A stretch of 64,000 bases of DNA from the human T2T-CHM13v2.0 reference genome, Homo sapiens, in assembly GCF_009914755.1 (NCBI RefSeq), contig NC_060927.1; one strand, written 5' to 3'. Below the pieces are notes generated by a model. The model made no database searches. It worked only from the letters and a program-made list of their open reading frames with translations, and was not told where the DNA came from. Each line of letters starts with the position of its first letter. Position 1 is the first letter of the stretch. This document shows positions 49,336 to 64,000 of this stretch, piece after piece. A program made the translations under genes and the position numbers.

Positions 49336-50073
49336 GGCATCTAGTGGACCCACCTGTACAGTGTGAATTGAAGGTTTGAAAAGCCTCGATTTGCTTTCCC
49401 TGTGCCTTTTGTTAGAAGGGGCCTGTTTCTCATTATCAGTGGCCTCTCGGCTACAGCCACAAAAGTTTTTGCTTCTGTTTCAGTAGATTTACTAATGTGG
49501 GGGTGGGGGTATGCTTGTGTTTTTGCAGGAGATGAACAAACCGTGTGGATGCCCTCAAGATGTGTACAACTATAGAACAGGAGATGGGTACGACCATAGA
49601 ACAGGAGATGGGAGGGTCCAACCATGGACCGGGTTCCGCCAGTATGAGCCATGAGCCAGTTGAATCTGAATGCAAAGAACAAGGACCGACTGGAGTCACA
49701 ATGCTTAACGGACCAATGCTTTCTGACTCAGCTCCTCTCTACCCTGAATAAAGAGACCCTAATAGTTAGGCAGGAGTATCATCACCCCTGTTCAGCATGA
49801 AGAAGTTACAGAAGATGGACGTTCATCCTTCTGCAACCCCTAGGATTAAGGGTCCTCTTGTAAAAGGGAAAGGGGAGGTATGTGGGAAGATTCAAACCAG
49901 AGTGACTCCAGTTTGAAAAAGGGCTAAGAAAAATGAAGCTGGATCACCAACTGGCAATTAAGGAGTGCACAGCCTACAATTGCCTTGCTCAGTTAAAAAA
50001 GGCCACCTTTTATGCTAGTAATAATGATAGCAATAGTGATACCTTCTCTTTTACAAAGAAGAGAAGGGGGACA

Positions 50074-50488
50074 TGTTGGGAAAAAGCTGAGTATTGGGAA
50101 GAAAGCTGAGGCAGTGCTTGCATGTCTGACATAATGTCCTCTGGAATGTGTCTAGACTTGCTGGCTTCTTGCTTCTAGCCCTCCTAGGCTCCTAAATAGA
50201 TTGTATTCCCATCATCTCAAGTACCAGAACATGTTCCTTATAAATGCTAAACCATCACAGCTATAGATCAGGCACCTGCCCTTTTGACCGCCACATTCTC
50301 ACCACCTGTTTCTTTGTTGGATTACCAATAAATAGTGTGGGCTCCCAGAGCTTGGGGCCTTTGCAGCCTCCCCAATCGCGATGGCCCCTGGTTCCACTTT
50401 ACTTCTCAAACTGTCTTTTTCTCAACCCTTTGACTCTGCCAGACTTCGTCACCCCCACGACCTGGTGTTGGGTCTGATCACCCCAACG
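50074..50488 (+). mobile_element. 3' LTR, LTR14 family (probably LTR14B)
   Basis: tgttgggaaaaagctgag...gatcaccccaacg preceded by polypurine tract aaagaagagaaggggg. Confidence 0.85.
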
Positions 50489-50494
50489 ACCTAT

Positions 50495-50630
50495 ATTTTG
50501 TGCTACCCTCTTATCTCATTCTGTGACTAAGAATGCCTAACCTCCTGGGAAGGCAGCCCAGTAGGTCTGAGCCTTATTTTTCTCAGTCCTTATTCAAGAT
50601 GGAGTTGCTCTGGTTCGAATGCCTCTGACA
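50495..50630 (-). mobile_element. MER41B LTR, 5' part
   Basis: Reverse complement begins TGTCAGAGGCATTCGAACCAGAGCAACTCCATCTTGAATA; colinear with 44366-44755 once the provirus is removed. Confidence 0.87.
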
Positions 50631-51598
50631 CTTAGAGCTTTGTTGTTGAAAACTGAATTATATACTGTACTTTTTCTTTTCTCTTATTGAAAAATCATCC
50701 TACTTTGTTGATTATTTTCTGTAACGTCTTGAGGTAATTTAAAATTCCACCTGTCTCCATCAGAGAGACAGGGACTCTTGTCCTTTTTATTCACTGCTAT
50801 ACCATGGGTGTCTAGAATATTGCCTGCACATGGTAGGTGCTTAAATAATATTTTGAATAAGTTAATACTATGAAGCATTGGTAAATTCACTCAATTTTAA
50901 TGAATGAATTAAATATCTTCAAATTTAATGACAATTGTCTTTATTCAGATTTCTGAACAATATATTCAGAGAAATAACTTTAGAGAAAAAGACAAGTGAA
51001 GAAAAAGAATAAGAAGAAAAGCAATGGATAAACAGGAAAAGAGAATAAAAAGGAAAAATTTTAAACTCCTATTAACTCCCCCAGAAATATTGATTTTATT
51101 GCTTATTGTTTAATAGGTGAACCATCTGACTCTGCATATGCCTTGTGGTGAAAATGTTTGGGACATAGGAATGAGACATTTTTTGCATATACGTCATAGT
51201 GGGCATTGGCATACCTGTGGCCTCTCAGAATCTTTTGAACACTCTTTCTAAATGTTGGTAACTTCCTATACTGCAAATGCTAGCTCTGTAAGTGGGATGC
51301 TATAAATCTCACCTTCCCAGTCTCTCTCATCTCAGAACCCAGCATGTCCACTGGATCTTGACTTAGCAGAATTCAAGTAAGATTTGACCCCAAAGGAAAA
51401 CACTGCGAAAAAAGATTTTGCAGCGTCTGTCAAGGGTGCAGAGTCTGATCAAGAGGTACAAAACTCTCAGCAGCATCAGAAGCAAAATGTCCTGGTGGTA
51501 TAGTCTGTGTTCGCTGTTCGCAGAGGCTCTGTGGACAGTCTCATGGTGGCTTTAGGGAGTGCAGGATTGTCCCTATGATTTTTTGTTAAAACTTGCTA

Positions 51599-51961
<363 letters not shown>

Positions 51962-53102
51962 TCACAGTGTAAGTTCACACTGATGGTTTTTAATGTTTTG
52001 TAAATCCAGCCCATTTAATATATGTGGATTCCTCAAGGCAGAGGCTAGCCAGTGCTGGCACATCACTGGATACACAGGAATTACAATATAGATACATTTG
52101 TTCTTTCTCCTTTCTATTCATCTACAGGTCTACATGATTGCATTTCCATAACTAATGAATGCATAGCCCTAACATAAAATACAAAGTGCTACATATGCAC
52201 AAAATAAAAATATATACAGAACCTGATGCATATTTTTGTTCATATTTTCTAAGAAGACAAAATAAACACAATGTTGAGGCATTGCTAGGAACTTACAGAA
52301 TTGCAAAACAGGGTTGTGAAAGGCAGCTAAGGGAACAGGAAAGATCACTGGCATCTAGTCCTAGTTCAATTATGGACGAACCATGTGATCTTGGGCCTCC
52401 TGGACCTCAGTTTCCTCATATGCAAATGCTAGGGTTGGGCTAATAATAATAGCTATTATTTATTCAGCATGTGCTTTGCCAGGCAAGCTAAAAGAGAGGT
52501 AAGTAATGTTATTATCCCAAGCTAAGAGAGGATGTATGAGAGGTGAAGAAACTTGCCCAAAGTCACTGTTAGACAGTGGCAGAGCTGGACTATGGACCCA
52601 GACATACTGCTACTAAAGCTTTATTCCTGAACATTTAGGGTGATTCCATATCTTTGCTATTGTGCATAGTACTGAAATAAACCACAACTAGGATTTTTAA
52701 AATCCTTGCAGACAGATATTTATGTTCAATTACTCTGACTGTGTCCTTGGATGCCACAGCAGTGTTAAATTCCTATTAAAGTTTCTAAATACTTGTCAAT
52801 TTCTGTACTTGTGAACTGGTAACAATTTGCATACTGGTTCTGGTCTATAGATCATACTTTGAATGGTACTGTTATTAAAATACTTAAAGTTATTGCATAG
52901 TATGAAGAAAAGCTAATTGGTTAACAATTCTGTTGGAGATGTAAGACAGCTCTGTTCAAGGGCAGTCTACTCTCCATTCAGTGGCTGTACTAATCTTACT
53001 GCCTTGAGAAACAAGGCAAGTTCTACTGTAAGTATACTATACTTTGTTTTAAAATCAGCTCCTCATACCATGTTACCGATTATAGAACTGTTACAATTGT
53101 AG

Positions 53103-54070
<968 letters not shown>

Positions 54071-54550
54071 TGCTTCCTTTTCTTTTCTTCATTTAGAAGG
54101 TGAAGTGAGAAGAGACTGATTTTAATGCATTCTCTAGCTCTAACATTCCATGATTTATCCCCACTGTGCTTATTGATTCTGTTTTGATCTGCCCAAGGAC
54201 CTAAGTGCCACATCAGAGTCTATGCCACAAAAAAATTCATAGGAAAGGCAATACAGCCTGGAGGTCAGCAGCTCAGATTTGAAAGGTACAAGCAAGTTCA
54301 ATATGCTGACAATCCAGAATCTGTAATCTTGGCTAATCTGCATTGACATTTATTGTTTTTTCCATTTAGAATTATAACCCTACAGGTAACTAATATTTCT
54401 GTAATCATATTAATATATTAATTAATATAATTAATATTTCTGTAATCCTAATATTTAAGCTATTAATCCTAAATATTAATTAGGATTAATAGTTCTCAAT
54501 CCTAAACTGAATGAGAAATAACGAGAATAGTGTAGAAATAACAAAAATCA

Positions 54551-54855
<305 letters not shown>

Positions 54856-55887
54856 ACATCACAAATTTAAATCTGTGTTATTAATACTTTTTAACTGCTT
54901 TAGGTATAAAAATAACAATAAGTTTTATAATCAATATGTTTGTGTTTTTTAGCTTGTTAGATGTGTATATACTATTTAAGATAATCTATTAGACTTGTGA
55001 TTTTAATAATTATGAAACTTTTATTATGTGCTTCAATGTTTACATTAATCAATAATGTTTACATTTAATTTGTTTTTAGTATCATATAGTAACTCATGTT
55101 TAGATACTTAATGGAATGAATTATCATTACCCAAAGTACATCTAGGAATGAAAGTTCCTTTCTTTGAAAAGCTCCAGGATATTGAAGACCCTATCAACAT
55201 CCCCATTTCCCTTGTTTGCCCTCAAGGAAGTAAACCATTTTGTGCTTCGGAAGCATTGGAGGGAAGAAGGAGGAGAGGGCGAACACAGATTCTGAGGTGA
55301 AGATAGATTCTGATCTGAATTCCAGTGTATTTTTCCTGAAACACGTTGAAGACAGATGTGAGAGTGATGGGAATCCCTGATCCACTCCCACATGGCACTC
55401 CAGGAGAAGGAATAAACTCTCAGTGAGGGTAGCTTGGTGATGCTTGGGAACTGAACAAGTGTCATGGTTTCGGGAAATAAGATACTCTTACTTGAGCTTC
55501 AAGTGAAAGCAGTAGAGGTGACTGCCTGCTAATAATTTATGCAAGCATTGACAACACTTCAGAGGTGGTCAAAACGGACTGAAGACCAGAGTCCTTTCCC
55601 CTAAATTTTTTGGATTGTACATCATGCCACAGATTTTTTGTGATCCTAGAAAGAAGGTGGGACCTGCCTGCACTATCTTCACTCCTTGAGAAATGAGCTG
55701 AGATGGGTTAAATTTCCCACTGATCCTGATGAGTAGCCCATATAGGTAAACATTAGAAAACTACAGAAAATGAGGTTTTATTGGACCCAGTATTGTGAAG
55801 GAGATTTTCATCCTTTATAAATGTGGTGGAGCCCTGCACACTTTGACTCAGCCTGACCTATTCAGGGCCTATGAGAAAGGGAGAGAT

Positions 55888-56195
55888 GGCTGGGCACAGT
55901 GGCTCACGCCTGTAATCCCAGACTTTGGGAGGCCAAGGCAGGTGGATCACCTGAGGTCAGGAGACTAGCCTGGCCAACATGATGAAACACTGTCTCTGCT
56001 AAAAATACAATAATTAGCTGGGCATGGTGGTGGGCACCTGTAATCCAGGCTACTCAGGAGGCTGAGGCAGGAGAATAATTTGAACCTGGGAGGCAGAGGT
56101 TGCAGTGAGCCGAGATCACACATTACACTTCAGCCTGGGCGACAAGGGTTAAACTCAGTTTCAAAAGAAAGAAAGAAAGAAAAGAAAAGAAAAGA
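55888..56195 (+). mobile_element. AluS with GAAA-type tail
   Basis: Dimeric Alu. Confidence 0.87.
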
Positions 56196-57122
56196 AGGAA
56201 GGGCGGGCGAGCACCATGGGATGCCTCATACCTGGCAGTACCTGTCCCCATGGGAGGAAATATAAAAAGGACCACCAGGTGAAGCAGGTGGAGGCAAAGC
56301 CCAGTAATGTGTCTTAAGTCAAAGATGGCCAACTAGAACCTAGCCCTTCATTTCTATGGCCTAGGAAACAAAGCCAAAGCCTAAGTCACCTTTTCCTGAT
56401 TCAATAAGAGGAATTGTGCCACAATAATATGTAATTTTTTGTGTCTTGAGAAATTTTAAAGTGCACTCAAGAAATCAAGCCAGAGCTTGCTCAAGGATAG
56501 TTCAAAGTCTATTTTACATAAAACTATTTTTCCTGTGATAATCTTGTTACACATAAATTTGATTTTTCTCTAGAGACCTAAGATAGTATTAATAAAATAG
56601 TATTTTCATTACAACCCTAACGAGATAATGGACTAGACTAACAGACTGTACACTCAAAGCTTTTTCTTTGAGATTTTCACAATTATATGTAAAGTTTATG
56701 TGTAGATGATGATTAGTATTATTTTGAAATTTCAGATAAGCATTGTGGTCTCTACCTTAAAGTATTCCAAGACTTTTTAAAGGAAATGGTTCTTTCAACT
56801 TATGTTCCTTATTTTCACAGCATTAAAATATGTTTGCTCATTCTGCTGGGGGAAGGGTTAGTAAAAGACCTTCAAAATTCATGGAAAGGTTCTTGGATAT
56901 ATGTCACTGGTCTCCAAGAGGAAGTCAAAGGCTTAATAAAGAAAATGGCACGATTTGGGCTGTTTTGCTTTTCCAAGTTTTATATTATAAAAGTAATCCA
57001 TGTTCACAATTTTAAAAAATGAAGCAATATAGAAATGGTGTTCAGAGGTATTTACTACTAACAGTTGGGTACATGATAACACATTCTTGGCTTTTAATTT
57101 CACTTTGGTGTTCTCAGTGTGG

Positions 57123-57125
<3 letters not shown>

Positions 57126-57153
<28 letters not shown>

Positions 57154-57266
57154 GTAGAGAGAGGGTCTTGTGTTGCCTAGCTGGTCTCAAACTCTTGGCT
57201 TTAAGCCATCCTCCTGCCTTGGCCTCCTGAAGTACTGGGATTATCAGTGTGAGCCACTGCACCTGG
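57126..57266 (-). mobile_element. Alu left monomer (FLAM-like)
   Basis: Single arm with long T run. Confidence 0.8.
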
Positions 57267-59519
57267 TGAGGAGCAGTGATTTAATACATACCAATTCCTT
57301 GATCAGTCACATTCATGAAAAAAAAAATACGACAACAACAAAAAGGATTTTAATTAGGAAAAATGAAACAATGTAATTTGAAAATATTGATAACATCTTA
57401 ACTCATACATAGCAGCTTCATTTGATCTTCAAAAGAAAGGAAGCATGCAAAATGTTGATAAAAAAGTAAAGGAAATTACACTTAATGAAGGAGAAAATAG
57501 ATTAATATTTTAATAGCCTCTAAAAAATAAGTTCAATTATGTGTGAAAGAGAAGGTAAAAATAATGAGAGATAAAGCATTAGTTTTTTTTTTCCTGATCA
57601 CGTCTGTGACTATATTAAGCATCACAACCTTCATATTAGTATGCATTGGGGAACATTTTCTTTGTCATACATATTAACACAGAATTGCCTCTCTGTCATG
57701 AACGGTATCATGCTCTATGGTATTGCCTTGTGCACTCCAGTTGTACAGAAAAGAAAGCAGCATGATTGGAATTAAATTGTCTAGATCAGGCTACATCAGT
57801 TTGTTTTGTCATTTTATCCCCAGTGATTAACATAGTGCCTGGCTTAGAAGTACCTAATAAATATTTGCCAAGTAAGTGATCATAGCAAGAGCATTTATTG
57901 AGTGCTTTCTAGGTGTCAGGCACTGTTCTAAGCACTGTTCTAATCAACACTATTTCATACAATCCTCACATAACCCTACAAATTATTTCATAAGGTACCC
58001 ATTTGTTCATTCTCTCTAGAGTAAAGGTTAAACACTTTTAGAATCATGACAATTTTAGGTTTCCACTAACTCACTCCTATTGTCCAAAATATGGAATTTA
58101 TCTGCCTTTCTGTGCCCCTCTGGTGCTTGGCAAATCACACCTTGTTTGCTTGTTTTTTGCAGTTTTAAAACTGCTGTAAATACTCTCATATGTCTTCTCA
58201 TAGATACATGTATTGGTTTCTCTAGGGTAAGTGTCAAGGTTGTAGGACAGGTGTATGCCAGATCTGTTCCCCAAGAGGTTGTAGCATTTTCTATCTGCCC
58301 ACAATGTATGAAGGTTCTGATTTTTCCACATCCTCACCAAATATTTTTTAATTTTTCTAAATTAAGAACAATAGTCTCTTTAATTTTATCCATTCTAGAG
58401 TGTGTATAGTGCTATTTCATTTTAGTGTTAATTTGCATATTGCTGATGACTAATGACTTTGAACATGTTTTCAGGTGCTTATTGGCCATAGTTTATATTC
58501 GGTCATGAAACATCTATTCAAAACTTTTATCCATTGTTTATTAGCTTTTTGTTATTGGGGTATAAGAAATCTAGGCAGAGATACACATGTATGTCTATAT
58601 ACATCATTTTCTATATGATCTATATCCCATAAATATCTATAACTATATATCTAGATTTATATCTCCTAGATATATGTTGAAGATGTATATGTGTGTGTGT
58701 AAAACATATGCATACCTATATGTTTTGTAAATTCTTTTTACAGTCTGTGGACTGCATAATTTATTTTCTTAGTGGTTTCTTTGTTTGAAATTATGATGAG
58801 GTCTAATTTATCAGTTTTTTCTTTCATGGTTATTGCTTTCTGTGACTTGTCTAAGAAATCTTTGCCAAGACTCAAGTCATAGAGATATTTTCCTATTTTT
58901 CTTCCAAAACCTTTACAATTTAGCTTTCATGTTTAGGTCTATAATCTATCTCAAAGTCGTCATCTGTATGTATGGTGTGAGATAAGAGTAGAGATTCATT
59001 CTTTGTGAATATTTATTTCTTTCCATGCCATTTGTCAAAAAGACTCTCCTTTCCCCCACTGGATTGCTTTGGTGCCTTTATAAGAAGTCAGAAGGCTGTA
59101 TAAGGGTAGCAGTCTTCAGACATTCTGTTTGTTTTATTTATCGATTTGTTGATCCTTATGCTAGTACAACACTATCTTGACTAGTGTAGCTTTAGGTTAA
59201 GTCTTGAAGTCAGGTAATGGAAGTCCTCTTTATTCTATTTCAAGATTACTTTGGCTATTCTAGGTCCTTTGATTTTCAACAAATTTTAAAGTCATCTTGT
59301 CAATTTCTACAAAAAGTCTGTTGGGATCCTGATTGGGATTTATTCTATCTTCCAATTTGTGTTTGATATTTTAACAATATTGAGCTTTACAGTCCTTGAA
59401 CATGGTATATCTCTCCAATTTTTCAGGTCTTTAATTTATCCCAGTAATGTTTTCTAGTTTTCAGTGTAGAGGGTTAGCATGTCATTTGTTAAATTAATTC
59501 CTAAGTATATTATGGTTTT

Positions 59520-59835
59520 GTTTTTCATTTTTGAGATAGGGTCTTGCTCTGTCACTCAGGCTGGAGTGCAGTGGTGTGATCACAGCTCACTGAAGCCTCA
59601 ACTTCCTGGGTTGAAGTGATCCTCCCACCTCAGCCTCTCCAGTAGCTGGGATTACAACAGTGAGCCACCACTCCCACTAATGTTTGTTTTTATTGTTGTT
59701 GTTGTTGTTGTTGAGACAAGGTTTCACCATGTTGCCCAGGCTAGTCTCGAATTCCTGGGCTCAAGTGATACTCCCAATTCCCACCTTGGCCTCCCAAAAT
59801 GCTGGGATTACAGGCATGAGCCACAGTGCCCGGCC
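59520..59835 (-). mobile_element. AluJ
   Basis: gatcacagctcactg, ctgggctcaagtga; (GTT)n linker. Confidence 0.86.
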
Positions 59836-60299
59836 ATATTATATTTTTTGATGAATTATAAATGAAGTTGTTACCTAATTTCATTTTTCAATTGATGATT
59901 GCTATATTTTAAAAAAATCATTGATTTTTGTATATTAATTTTGCATTCTGCAACCTTATTAAACTCAATTAAATATTTCTATGGGTAGTTTTGTAGATTC
60001 CTTAGAATTTTCTATGAATTGGTTAGATCATCTGCAAATTAAAGCAGTTTTCCTTGTTTCCTTCTGATCTTTAGGCCTTTTCTTTGTTTTTCATTCTTTA
60101 TTGCAAGGAATAGGACCTTCAATAAGATGTTGAATGGAGGTAGTGATAATGGGCATTTTCGACTTGTTCATTCAATATTTTACTATTAAATGTGATCTTG
60201 GCAGTGTTTTTTCATAGAAGACATATTGAGAAAATTCTCATACTTCTAGCTTGTTGAGAATTTTTTATCATGAATGTTTACTTGTTTTTGAATAGATGA

Positions 60300-60603
60300 T
60301 TTTTTTTTTTTTTTTTTTTTTTTAGACGGAGTCTCGCTCTGTCGCCCAGGCTGGAGGGCAGTGGCGCGATCTTGGCTCACTGCAACATCCGCCTCCCGGG
60401 TTCACGCCATTCTCCTGCTTGAGCCTCCTGAGTATCTGGGACTACAGGCGCCCGCCACCACGCCAGGCTAATTTTTTGTATTTTTAGTAGAGACGGGGTT
60501 TCACGGTGTTAGCCAGGATGGTCTCGATCTCCTGACCTCATGATCCACCTGCCTCGGCCTCCCAAAGTGCTGGGATTACAGGCTTGAGCCACCGCGCCCG
60601 GCC
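60300..60603 (-). mobile_element. AluY
   Basis: TSD gaatagatgatttttt. Confidence 0.93.
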
Positions 60604-61159
60604 GAATAGATGATTTTTTAGAGCAATTTCAGGTTCACAGCAATATTGGGCAGAAAGTACAGAGATTTCCCATATACCTCCTGCCTGCCCCCCCACGTGC
60701 ATAAGTTCACCATTATCAACATCCCCTAAAAGAGTGGTACATATATTACAATGAAATGCAACATTGACACATGATTATTACCTAAAATCTATAATTTACA
60801 TTAGGGTTCATTGTTGGTATTACACAGTCTATTGGTTTGCACAAACTTATAAGGGCACGCACCATTACAGTATCATGCAGAATAGTTTCACTGCCCTAAA
60901 AATCCTCTGTGTTCCACCTATTCTTCCCTTCCTCTCTCCTAACCCCGGGCAACCACTGATCTTTTTAGTCTCCATAGGGTGTTTATTTTTATTACATCAT
61001 TTTTACACATCTATTGAAATGATCACAAGGTCTTTTTCTCCTTACTCTGTTAATACAGTGTGTTACATTGATTATATTTTGAATGGAATAAACCCTATTT
61101 GATCATAATGGATGATCTTTTTTATATATTGCTGAATTTGATCCACAAGTATTTTGTTA

Positions 61160-61694
<535 letters not shown>

Positions 61695-62088
61695 TTGTTA
61701 ACTTTTATGTTTCATCTGCCTTCAAAAGGGATATTGGTGTGGTGTTTATCTCTTTCTCTGTAGTGTTCTTTTCTCAGGATTTTGTACTGGGGTATCACAA
61801 AGCTCATAAAACAAACGGTCGCTTCTCTTTTATTTTCTGAATTAGTTCATATAAAGATAGTGTTAAATATTTCTTAAATATTTGATAGAGTTCCCTATTA
61901 AATCTGTTTTTTTGTGTGTGTGTGTGAGGTTAATTAACTCCATTTTAATAATAGGTATAGAGCTATTCGGTTTTTCTGTTTATTTTTGTGAAACTTTTTG
62001 GTATATCTTTCAAAGAGTGTTCACTTTATCTAAGTTGACAATTTGTTGGCATAACACTCTTATTATCTTTTTAATATCTGTGGAATCT

Positions 62089-63014
<926 letters not shown>

Positions 63015-63089
63015 AGTTCTGTAGAATCTGTGGTGACAACCCCACTTTTCAGCTAATATTATTCATTTCTGTTCCTTCTTTTTCCTTGA

Positions 63090-63245
<156 letters not shown>

Positions 63246-63923
63246 TAGGACTACGGGTGTGAGTCACTGTGCGGGAGCTCCTTGACCAATTTAACTTGAG
63301 GATTATAAGTTTTGTTGATCTTTTCAAAGACTAACTTTTGGTTTTCTTAATTTTCTCATTGTTTGTCTCTTTTCTGTCCCATTGGTTTCTTCCCTTTTCT
63401 TGCTGTTATTCATTTTAGGTTTTCTTTGCTATTGTTTTCGTATCTCCTTAAGGTGGAACCTTAGGTTATTCATTCTAGATTTGTTTCTTTTTAAATTTTC
63501 ATATAACCATTTGAAGCTAAAAAATGTTCCTCTAAGTACTGCTTTAGCTGTACCCCTCAATTTTAATGTTTTATTTTTTATTATTCACCTAGATATGTTT
63601 TCTAGTGATTTCTTCTTTTACCCATGGCTTTTATAAATGGGTTGTTCAATTTCTCAATATTTGGAGGTTTCTTAGGTATCTATTATTCATTTCTAATTTA
63701 GTTTCAATGTGGTTAGACAACAGACTCTGTATGATTTCAGTTTTTAAAATTTGAGACATCTTTCATGGTCCAGAGTATGGTTTACCCTTAAGACACATAC
63801 TACATGTCCCTGAAAAAAATACATATTCTGCAATTGCTAGGTGGGTGGTTAATAGGTTGTTCAGGTTATCTTTCTCATTACTGATTTTATTTAGCTTTTC
63901 TATCAGGTAATGAAAAACAGTTC

Positions 63924-64000
63924 TGCCAGGTGTGGTGGCTCACTCCTGTAATCCCAGCACTTTGGGAGGCTGAGGTGGGTAGATCATGAGGTCAGGAGTT
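63924..64000 (+). mobile_element. Alu 5' part (runs off the window)
   Basis: gccaggtgtggtggctcactcctgtaatcccagcactttggg. Confidence 0.88.

Noticed and set aside
49563-49610. 24-bp direct repeat in the provirus
   Set aside because: Simple local duplication in non-coding ERV sequence.
54390-54500. AT-rich quasi-palindromic tract with repeated taatatttctgtaatc
   Set aside because: Low-complexity local duplication; too short and imperfect to argue for a cruciform element.

Overview
Primate (almost certainly human) genomic DNA containing the 5' end of NCEH1 (AADACL1/KIAA1363, neutral cholesterol ester hydrolase 1) on the minus strand. Coding exon 1 and its CpG-rich promoter lie at about 36.4-37.0 kb, intron 1 fills 1-36597, and about 27 kb of upstream intergenic DNA follows. 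No other host coding exon was recognised; nearly all ORF-track entries are chance or Alu-derived frames. The rest is repeat-dense: about 55 Alus, L1/L2/MIR and hAT MER relics, a U6 retrocopy and several ERV LTRs. The most unusual structures are: (1) two independent local, non-tandem duplications in intron 1 that each copy the 5' flank plus head of a nearby Alu (one apparently 100% identical, with a flanking target duplication); (2) a two-LTR mosaic provirus (HERV-K14/HML-1-type LTRs, PBS, gag and integrase tail around HERV-W gag-pro-RNaseH, plus a MER41-like piece) inserted in a MER41B LTR that retains tandem GAS/STAT sites about 7.7 kb upstream of NCEH1; (3) a very young AluY that replaced the left arm of an older Alu; (4) three cases of repeated insertion into one target site. 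Repeat subfamily names come from my recollection of consensus sequences, and most repeat boundaries are approximate.
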